Shown in pieces: positions 53,522 through 64,000 of a stretch of DNA of 64,000 nucleotides. The DNA comes from Salpingoeca rosetta. Its lineage: Eukaryota; Protista; Choanoflagellata. The position numbers and the translations under genes are program-made. Below the pieces are notes generated by a model that saw only the letters and a list, made by a program, of their open reading frames with translations, did no database searches and had not been told where the DNA came from. The stretch spans positions 552,979 to 616,978 of the forward strand of contig JAWQFM010000004.1 in NCBI GenBank assembly GCA_033442325.1, in the 5' to 3' direction. Position 1 is the stretch's first letter, and every line of letters starts with the position of its first letter.

Positions 53522-54529
53522 ATGCCACCGAAGAAGACGCCATCCGCAGCAGACAAGGCAGACAAGGCAGACAAGGCAGACAAGGCAGATAAGCCTGCGT
53601 CGAAGCCTGCACCGAAGCCTGCTGCAAGCGCCTCGCCTGCTCTGGATGCGGATGGCAAGCCCAAGCGCAGGAAGCGCACAGAGAACATGCTCATTCGCGT
53701 CCACGTCTGCCGCAAGAAGTTCAAGGTGCGAATGACGCCATGTCTCGGTTGGGTGTGTGCGTGCGTGTGTGTGTGTGTGCGTGTATGTGTGCGTCCGTGT
53801 GCGTGCATACTGGACTGGAAGGACGTCACTGTGAGTAAACGTACAAGTTCACACACACACACAACTTCCCACTCGTCTTCATACCTTCAGTTCCCGGCCA
53901 AGCCCACGGAGCGGCTGACGACTGTCGCCAAGCACATGGCCCAGTTCTACCAGGACATCTTCGAGTACGATCATCATTGTGTGGTGCCCATGCGTGCGCG
54001 TCACACCTGTGCAGGCGATCGCACGGATCATGGTGCTCGTGCCTCCTGATTCTCCCTCCATCCCCCGCCTCCTTCCTCATCTCTCTAGCATTCTCACCAA
54101 CACACTCCTTTTCGTTCGACCTGGTCATGCGACAGAGAGCCCATGCCTGAGCGGTTTGTCTCGTTCACAGACGAGGATGGATACTACGTGAGCCTCAAGC
54201 TCACAATCGGCGATGTCTGTGAACACAACGGCGTCCTGCGCGCTCTGACCAAGAAAGGTGCGGCTGGTGTGCTCGTGGACGTGTTGCGCTGTCAGGCGTG
54301 TTGTTGTGTCTTATGTACTCAGCTGCCTTGGGCAGGCGTGTTGTTGTGTCTCTTGCTTGTGTCACGGAACAACCGCGCGTGCTCACCTACCTTTCGCGTG
54401 CCTTGCCCCACCGTCAAAATCAGGTGCTGACACACACAAGCGCGCAAGTAAGTGCAGTTGATGTTGAAGGAACTGCTCCGTGCGTGACACTGCCCGCATT
54501 TCCACGTAACACCTCAATCCCACCCAACG

Positions 54530-54601
<72 letters not shown>

Positions 54602-55825
54602 TCCGCAGGCGCCAGCAGCACCACGAGTGCGAGCAAGAAGGCCAAGACAACGACAGCAACAACAGCGACAGCAAGTGCTGCGTCGAGCACCGCTGTCAAG
54701 GCTCCAGCATCCCCAAAGAGGGCATCCAAGGACAAGCCTTCCACCACTACGACTACCACGACGACCACGCGGGTGAAACGTAAGTGAACATGCGCAAAGA
54801 GAAGCGGCTCACAATTTTGGAAGGAAAGAGCGCGGAAGCGAAAAGACAACAGATTGATTAGCAACCATCAGCATGTCGTGGTGTCCGCTCTCTCATTCAC
54901 CACCTTGAACCCTTTCATTCCATGTGTGCGTGACAGCCGCATCCCAGGCGCCCACACCCTCGACGTCCTCCAGCAAGGACACGGATGGCAAGGGCTCAAA
55001 ACGCAAAGGTGGCAGGAGTCGGTTGTGTGCGCGCGTGTGTATGCACGTGTGTGCGTGTGCGTGCGTGTGTGGTAGGATGTTGTTTCATAGCCACGCTTGC
55101 ACTCGAGTGCCATGAATGTCGTCTTGTGCTCACACAAGCATCCCCTGTACTCACCACTGTTTTCCAACCACGCCACACCGCCACATAATGCAAAATCCAT
55201 ATGACCCGGGGCAGACGCCAAGAAGGCTGAGGCAGCAGCTGCTGTGACGCCTACGTCACCGAAGAAGAAGAAGACAGCAACAACAACGACGGCAACCGCA
55301 GCAGCAAAGAAGAGTGATGCGGAAGAGAAGAAGAAGAAGAAGGAGAAGAGGGAAGAGGCAGCAAGGAAGAAGAAGGAAGCAGAGGAGAAGAAGAAGAAGG
55401 AAGCAGAGGAAGCAGCACGGAAGAAGAAGGAAGAGGAGGAAGCGGCAGCAAAGGTGATGGACGAAGAAGAAGACGAGGATGAGGATGAGGGTGAGGTTGA
55501 CAGCGAGGCGGAAGACAACAACGAAGAGGATGAAGCAGTTGAGGAGGAGGAGGAAGACGCTGACGAGGGTGAAGCCGAAGACAACGACGATGACGATGAT
55601 GAGGACGATGAGGATGAGGATGACAGCGAGGCTGATTCCGAGACACAGGGGGAATCGGCGTCCCCTGTTGCTGCCAATGGAACCGCCGACAGTGAGGGTG
55701 ATGATGACAGCGAAGACGACGACGACGACGATGATGATGATGATGATGACAGTGAGGATGACGGTTAGTTTGCAGCCGTACGTGTGCGCGTGTGTGTCTT
55801 GTTGTTGTTGTTGTTGTGGTTGTGG

Positions 55826-55899
<74 letters not shown>

Positions 55900-56127
55900 G
55901 GTGGTGTTGTTGTTGTTGTTGTTGGTTGTTGCTGCTGCTGGTTGTTGCTGTTGATGTTGTTGTTGCTGTTGCTGTTGTTGTTGTTGTTTGTTGTTAGTTG
56001 GTTGTTGATGATGTGGTGGCTGGTAGTNNNNNNNNNNNNNNNNNNNNNNNNNNNNNNNNNNNNNNNNNNNNNNNNNNNNNNNNNNNNNNNNNNNNNNNNN
56101 NNNNNNNNNNNNNNNNNNNNNNNNNNN

Positions 56128-56226
<99 letters not shown>

Positions 56227-56573
56227 CATCTCTGCAGCACGGGCGGCAGCTCTACGCCGGCGACGCCAAAGCCAAAGGTCCCGTCGAGTCTCGGGCAGCG
56301 CAACATCGGCCGCGGCAAGCACTCAAAGGGTGAGCACTCGTCGTGTGTGTGTGTGTGTCCTTGCAGCATGTGGGAGCAGGTGCTGTGTTTGCTTGCTGCC
56401 GTGTTGGCCACTTCGGCTTCCGTTCACTTCCGTTTTCGTCACTTCCGTGTCGTTCACGTGTACCCTCCAATCCTCCAATCACGTCTCTTCTGTTCTTTGT
56501 CGCCCATGGTTCAGCCGCCACTCCCAAGAGCGCTCGCAAGACGCGCAGCAAGACAAAGAAGGCCGCAGCCTGA
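53522..56573 (+). CDS. Spliced K/E/D-rich nuclear or nucleolar protein with a small N-terminal ubiquitin-like (Net1/Dnt1-type) domain
   Basis: NLS-like KPKRRKR; globular segment RKKFK|FPAKPTERL..FYQDIFE..FTDEDGYYVSLKLTIGDVC..VLRAL; long basic and acidic tracts. Spans an assembly gap. Confidence 0.6.
56028..56127. other. Assembly gap (100 N) between (GTT)n and (CA)n tracts
   Basis: Run of N. Confidence 1.
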
Positions 56574-57018
56574 TTCCTCCCTACAACCACCACCACCACC
56601 ACCACAGCCGACCACAATTGAAACGCCATTTCTTCCATGCAATCACGTCACATCACATTACAACGCCTTTCTTTCGTCATTTTCGCCCGTGTTCTCTCGT
56701 TGCACTCTCACACATTCGTTCGCCGCTTCCTGTTCGTTCATTGTTCCATCTGTGCACACTGGCCCCCTGCTTTCTCCGTCTGTTTTGCTTTCTCGAACGT
56801 GTCATCAAGCTGCATGCAAGAAGTACACTAAGCTGCATGCAAGAAGTACACTCAAATCACCGCCAAGTGCACAAGTTGGTTTGTTTACTTCGTGGCCCAG
56901 CCACTACCAGAGGGTCGCACACACATCGCACACGAGGTCAGCAGACACATGTACAAACGAGCACAAGAAAGAAGAAGAAGAAGTGCACAAAAATATCTCT
57001 CGCTGCATCACGCATTCT

Positions 57019-57072
<54 letters not shown>

Positions 57073-57104
57073 CACACACACACATCACACACACATCACG
57101 ATAT

Positions 57105-57925
57105 CTACACAATGTTGCCTGGATCCTCTGCCATCCACGCGTCCAAGCGCTTCTGCTGCTGCTTCAGTTCATCCCGCATCGACGCACGACGCGACACGCC
57201 GCCACGCGCAGGGGTCAGGGTGATGGCAGCAGCAGCAGCGGCAGTGGTGGTAGTGGTGGTATGGTTGCTGCTGTTGTTGCTTCCGTCAGCGTTGCTGTTG
57301 CTCTTGTTGTTGCGGTTGCTCTTGTTGTTGTTGTCGTGGTGCTGGTGGTGATGATGGGTTGTTGGCTTTGGCAGCACAGCCGTTGGTTTGTGTATTGCTG
57401 CAAGCGCTGCTGCCCCCTTGCGCACGTCACCATACCCACCACCACTGCCAGCATCGGCTGTCGCTGCACCGTGCATGCTTCCACCGCTACTCGTGCCGCT
57501 ATCACCACGACTCCCATCATCGCCACCATGACCACCATGACCACCATGACCATGACCATCGTTGTGGTGCAGTGTCGTGTCATGCTCGAGCACGTCTGTA
57601 TCCGTGCCACCGGTGTGGTGCCCGGGAAGGAGAACAACGAATCGCGATGACGCCCTCCGCACGAATTCGAGCGAGGACACACGCGCACCGGCAGGCGCGG
57701 TCGGGCTGCAAGTGATGATGATGATGATGATGATGATGATGGCAAGGTGGAGGTTGAGGTGGTGGTGATGATGATGGTGGTGGTGCAGTGCAGTGGTGGT
57801 GTAGTGTGAAGGTGGTGGTGGTGTGCACCTGAGGAGAGAGGTGCGCATTGTCCAGCAAAGACACACACATGCACACATACCTACAGACACACACACACAC
57901 ACACAGACACACACACACACACACA

Positions 57926-58004
<79 letters not shown>

Positions 58005-58311
58005 GCACACGTACGTCTGCGTGGTCGGTCGGCCGCGGCGAAGCGTCGCTGGTGGGCGGGGCGTCACTGTGGACGGACGTGAGTGGTGGTGGTGGTGGTG
58101 GTGGTGGTGTCCGCCTCCAAATGAAGAAACAGGAACTGTCCGGATTGGTCGGAACATTTCGCCACCGGGTGCCGCGTCCTGTTGTTTGGAGGGAAGAACA
58201 GGAAAGGTGAGGTGTCGAGGGGATGGGGCACAAGTGTGAGCAAGTGGACGTGAACACAGCACAGGACACTGGTTCATGCAACGCACACACAAGCATCAAC
58301 TACGCTTTCCC

Positions 58312-58369
<58 letters not shown>

Positions 58370-59324
58370 TGCACCTTGTTGAGAGCGCGTTCAGTGCGGA
58401 CGTGCGGATGTGCATTCCGGAACACATCCATGCGGCGTTGGTGACGTGGTCGGTGGTGATTGCCATTATGGCTGTGATCGTGACCCTTGTGACCCTTCTG
58501 CACCTTCTGCTGCTGTTGCTGCCCCCGTTGCTGTGGCTGTTCATCACCACCATGCGCGTGCGCGTGCGTGTGTTTGCGTGGTGAGAGAGGGACGTCTGCC
58601 AGCGAGACGATGCGACGCCGCGGCGAAGGCAAACCAACGCCGACAGCACGAGGGCGCAGTGGACTCGCATGCTGCTGCTGCTCATGTTGTTGTGACTGCT
58701 GTTGTTGTTCGCTGTCAAGCAGCACGAGTCCTGGAAACGGAATCCCCATCGTCGGGCTCTCCAGCAGTCGCGCTGCAGCGCGTGTGGCCTGTCCACGCGT
58801 CGTAGCGCTGCTGCCACGTGTCGTCGTGTACGCGGTGGTTGAAAACGCTGCTGACGGTGGTGACGACGTGCGACCCTTCGCGTGACCCTTCGTACGACCC
58901 TTGGATGGCGTCTTCGATAGCGGTTTGGACGGCGAAGTCGTGCTGCTGCTGATGCTGCTGCTGTCCATCTTCAGCAGCTGCTTCTTCGCCGAGTCCATTC
59001 TGCTCATGCGCTTCGTGCTCGCGCGCGTGTGCAGTGGGCGTGTCGGCGGTGGCGGTGCTGTCCGGTGCGGAGTCGGTCGAAGAGGACTTGATGTTGGGGC
59101 GGACGCCAGGTCCGCGCGCACTCGGCGTGCTGATAACGCAAGAGCCACCGTTTGTTGTTGTCGCTGCGGCTGCTGCTGCTGCTGCTTTTGTTGCCTGGAT
59201 TGGCTCTGTTTCTCCTGCCCAATGAAATGACGCATTGATGAAGTAGTGAGCAGCAGCGTGTGCGTCCAGCTTGCAGGAGACGATCCAAAACACACACACA
59301 CACCCGCACACACCCGCACACACC

Positions 59325-59365
<41 letters not shown>

Positions 59366-60135
59366 CCACACACATAACCCCCGCCCCAAAACACCCCCAC
59401 ACCGCACCTCAAGTTGGGTGAGGACGCCCATTGCCTGGTTGAGCAGCCGCTCGGCGCGCGCGTATTCGCCGTTGGTCAGAAGTTCAGACGCCAGCGCCTG
59501 CATCCTGTTGTGGTCGAAGGGTGATGGCGGCGGTTGGAAGGGAGGGGGTGGGGAGGCAGTTGGAAATTGAGTGAGATTGAGCGCATGTCGTATGGAATCG
59601 CATCTTCTCGTTCACACACACACACTCACATACTCACACACACTCACACATACTCACACATACTCACATACACATACTCACGTATACATACTCACTCACT
59701 CACACACACACACACACACACACGTACACACACACACAGACAGACAGACAGACAGACACACGCACACACACAGACACACAGACACACACACACACACACA
59801 GACACACACACACGCACTCTCTCGCTCGTACTCGAATGCGCGGGTGTGCAAGTTAGTGACATCTGTTCGCTTCGGCAGCGCCTTTACCCACTCCTGCGTC
59901 TGCTCATCAACCGGTGCACCACCACTGCGACCACGACCGCGATGGGTGGTGTTGGTGGTGGTGTCATCAACATCTGGGCAGCAAAGTAGGGAGGATGAGG
60001 ACCAGGAGGATGAGGAGGAGAAAAAGACGCAAATGGAACAGCGGAGGCAAGTGGCGGCCCACCACATGCACGCACGTGCAAACATACACACACACATGCA
60101 CACACAAGTCCAAACACACATACACACATGCACGT

Positions 60136-60187
<52 letters not shown>

Positions 60188-60414
60188 CATCGAGTTGCAG
60201 GTCGATGTCCATGTCAATTTCCTCAATGTCGTCCGTATCGTTCACCGTCACCGTTCGCATGAGATTCAGCTCTGCGCTCGAGTGCGGCGATGGTGACGGT
60301 GGCAGTGAGGCGAGGGTACGAATAGCAATGAACGTGCACGCGCGTGACAACACAACAACACTCCAGCAAACGCCGTATCTTACGCACAGGCACACACATA
60401 CACACAGGTATACA

Positions 60415-60453
<39 letters not shown>

Positions 60454-60989
60454 CTCCTGTCCTCTTTCCGCAAACACACCGTCTGCCATCAGCTGGACGA
60501 CGCGCTGGTGCGGAAGATCGAGACACGGTTGTCCGTTGATCTGACGGCAATTGCAAAGACGGAAAGGACATACACGTGACACATGTGAGCTGACAACGCA
60601 GTGGATACAGGGCAACGCAGTGGTACAGGGAGAGGACACGAAACATTGCGCGAAAGCTGACCCGCGTTCGCACTCACACACTGCACAACAACTGCACAAC
60701 GATCGCGCACGCGCGCACACACACACATGCACACCTGCAAGATGCAGTCGCCGACGATGGCGCCGCCGAGCTCCGCCGGACTCTCTGTGACATACACGCG
60801 CGCACACATGTGCGTGAGTTACATCCAACACGCGCAGGAGCGTGAATACACGACAACAGAGTAAACGCAAACACCCATACACACACACACACCCATACAC
60901 ACACACGCACACACGCACACACAGACACACACAGACACACAGACACACAGACACACAGACACACACGCACGCACACACACACACACACA

Positions 60990-61084
<95 letters not shown>

Positions 61085-62109
61085 ACAGACACACACAGAC
61101 ACACACACACACACACACGCACAGAGCACCTCCTCCTTTACCTGGGTCGACGGTCATGATGCGGACCGGTTTGGCGCCGGCGAGGGAGATGCCGAGACCG
61201 TCAAATCCGGGCACTGCCGGGAACGTCAGCACACGCGGCTCTGTCATGTGTGTGCAGTGGTCAGGGTGTCGTGGATGATGCAGATGATGCAGATGCGTAA
61301 TAAGCCCACAACACAAAAGCACACACACAAACACACACACACACACAGACACAAACAGACACACACACACACGCGCATACACAGTCACACACGCATACAC
61401 AGTCACACACGCACCTCCTCCTCCCCCCTCTCCACTCTCCTTCAAACGCACGTGCGACGAGGAGGCCCGGCTCGGCTTGGACGACGACGAGGAAGAACTC
61501 GTCCTGGGGCGCGTCCAGCGCTGCAATGGACCGCAACAACTGCGGTGTGAACAGCTCATCGTCAATCTCGGGCATCGGCGGACGTTCGTGGCGGTGCAGC
61601 GTGCTAGGTCGCGATGGCCTGGGTTGCACCGCAGGCGTCGCTGGCGCATCCCACTCGCGCGGAACAGGGCTGCTACCAAAGGCCTCGCTGCCTTGTCCCA
61701 TCCACGCTTCCTCGGCCCACGCCTGCCCTTTCAGCTTGCGCAAGTTGTCGTCCTCGCTGCTCCACCCAGAGGTCGGCGGAGCGGCGTCAGCGGCGTCAGC
61801 GGTGCCGCCATCGCCAGCGCGCAGAGCTGCTCGCGCGTAGAAGTGTGCGGCGTGGGATGGCCCGAACGCGAAGCTGCTGTCGCGGCCCGCCTCCAGTGCC
61901 TCCGGGTCGTGGATCGAGTCGTCGCCAAGCTCCGTGGTGAAGCTGACCTCCTGCGTCGACTGGTTGAACGGGTCGAGCACGCCCACCTGGCCCGATGAGC
62001 CCGAACGCTTCTTCAGGAAGCGCAGGAGGAAGCACAGCAGCAGCGCCGCAACCAGGGCCACCGCACCCAGCGCAATGGCCACAATCACCTGCACAGACAG
62101 CAGCGCCAT
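57105..62109 (-). CDS. Single-pass membrane protein with a PDZ domain and long low-complexity tail (multi-exon)
   Basis: N-terminal [24 protein letters not shown]. Spliced [22 protein letters not shown]|[16 protein letters not shown]|[18 protein letters not shown]. Ends in DPGNIV*. Confidence 0.75.
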
Positions 62110-62367
62110 CCCCTCCAACACAAATTGAAATTGCTTCCACCAGCCACACACACACACACACACACACTCACACACGGCAAGGCCAAGCCAAAGTCAGCTA
62201 GCTTGCTTGCTCGCTTGCTTGGCGAGTGGGTGCGTGGTGTTGTTGTTGGGGTCGTGTTGTTTGCCCGCACTCTCGCACCTTTTGGCACTGCAAACAATTC
62301 GCGAAGATTTCAGTAAACTTTCCGCAACCACGGAGGACAGCACAACGCAAGGGCAGTGGCGTTGAGG

Positions 62368-63861
62368 ATGATGATGATGTGCTTGGGAAGTTGGGTGGCG
62401 GTGGTGGTGTGTTGTTGTTGTTGTTTGTTGATGGGTGGTGTTGACGGCAGCGCTGTGAGAGGAGGAGGAACAACAACAACAGCCAACTACTATGTGGACG
62501 TGCGTGGATCGGATGATGGCGATGGGTCGCAAGCACACCCCTTCCGCACCGTGCAGCGTGCTCAGGTGTGGTTGAGTGTGGTTGAGTGTGAGTGCTGGTT
62601 TGCGTTGTATCTGCGTGTGTGTGTATCTGTGTGTGTATCTGTGTGTGTATTTGTGCGCTGGTGTGTGTTTACATGTGTGCTTTTGCACACCGTGTTTCTC
62701 CTCACGTTCTCTTCCCCCTCTTCCCCCAACACGCACGCCTGTTTGACAGGCTGCCGCGCGATCTGCGGCCAAGAGCGGCGGCGTCAACGTGTACTTGAAC
62801 AACGGCACGTTCTTCCTCAACTCCACGCTCGTCTTCACACCGCAGGATTCCGGCCTCTCCGCCTCGCAACCAATCGTCTACCAGAGCACATCCAAAACCA
62901 ATCCCGCGGTGGGTCAGTGCGAGTGAGTGTGTGTGTATGTGAGTGAGCGTGTGAGTGTGTGTATGTATGTGAGTGTGTGTGTGTGTGTAAAATAAATGGA
63001 TGTACTCTCGTGTGTCGCCTTGCACGCTCCTTGTCAGCCCAATGGTTTCCCCTCACTTCTCATTCCCCCTCCCCTTTTCCACTTCCCCCCTCTACCCCGT
63101 TTCTGGTTGCCTGCAGCAACTGACAAGCGCAGTGGAGATCACGGGCTGGAAGAAAGTTGGCAACACGACCCTGGGTCACATCTGGGAAGCGCCGTTGCCT
63201 GCCGGCGTGGACTTCTTCCACCAGCTGTGGATCAACGGCCGCCGCCAGCACGTTGCCCGCCAGCCCACGCGCGCATATGAGAAGGCGACACCCAACAGCG
63301 TCATCTTCAAGCCGGGCCAGCTCACGGCCGTGCCGCACAACCTCGACGACGCATATGTGGTGCTGTACGAATCGTGGACTGCGAGCCTGCACCAGATTGC
63401 CAGTATCGATATGGACACACGCAACATCACACTCAAGACTACTTACAACAACAAGGTGTGTGTGTGTGTGTATGTGTGTGTGTATGCGTGTGTGTATGCG
63501 TGTGTGTGCGTGTAAGTATGTATGCGTGTGTATGCGTGTATGCGTGTGAGTATGCGTGCGTGTGTGCGTGTGTAAGTGTGTAAGTATGTATGTGTGTATG
63601 TATGCGTGTATGCGTATGTGTGTGCATGTGTGTGTGTGTTGTCTGTTCTTGCTCGAATCACTCTACGCCTCCCACTTCTCCCCTGTCTCTCGCCATTCCC
63701 CTTACCTCCCCAACCACCCCCACTATCACCACCCAATAGTGGTCTGGTTCGGCTGCGGGTTCGCGGTACTATCTTGCTTCCATCGTCGAAGCGCTTCCGA
63801 CCCCGGGCTACTTTTACGTCGACAGACACGCACGCACCGTCTCGTGAGTATTACGTGTTGA

Positions 63862-63927
<66 letters not shown>

Positions 63928-64000
63928 ATGTGTGTACATGTGTGTGTGTGTGCGTTGATGTGTGTTTTTGCACGTGCGTGTCTGCTTGCGTCGTCCTGCA
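62368..64000 (+). CDS. Secreted right-handed beta-helix glycoside hydrolase, GH141-like (5' part, spliced)
   Basis: YYVDVRGSDDGDGSQAHPFRTVQRAQ, VYLNNGTFFL..LVFTPQDSG, ITGW, QLWINGRRQHVAR, RYYL..EALPTPGYFYVD. Confidence 0.75.

Noticed and set aside
56807-56852. 23-bp exact tandem duplication
   Set aside because: Only two units in a 3' intergenic region; simple slippage.
55792-57351. 519-aa ORF spanning the N gap
   Set aside because: Artefact of (GTT)n, Ns and (CA)n.

Overview
Eukaryotic DNA with GT-AG introns full of (GT)n/(CA)n microsatellites. The style and gene families suggest a choanoflagellate (Salpingoeca-like); this is an inference. The left half (1-34 kb) is a rapidly turning-over accessory region. 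It holds a TIR-domain gene missed by the ORF track; relics of TPR, macrodomain, P1B Cu-ATPase and receptor-kinase genes; and a secreted beta-propeller gene with a decayed paralogue. It also holds an apparently intact ~10-exon lipase-TM-GTPase gene and two inverted copies of a Ulp1/C48 protease gene. Those copies enclose a 5'-truncated retrotransposon and two convergent orphan membrane-protein ORFs. The centre is a 14.2-kb intronless gene for a ~4,700-aa multipass membrane protein with a bacterial-like ectodomain and many polybasic sites; a decayed paralogue lies at 11.8-14.1 kb. Next comes an intact RLE-type (CRE-like) non-LTR retrotransposon sitting between CA/GT microsatellites. The right end has ordinary spliced genes: a Net1/Dnt1-like acidic/basic protein, a TM-PDZ protein and a GH141-like glycoside hydrolase. 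All family calls come from motif recognition by eye; no searches were run.
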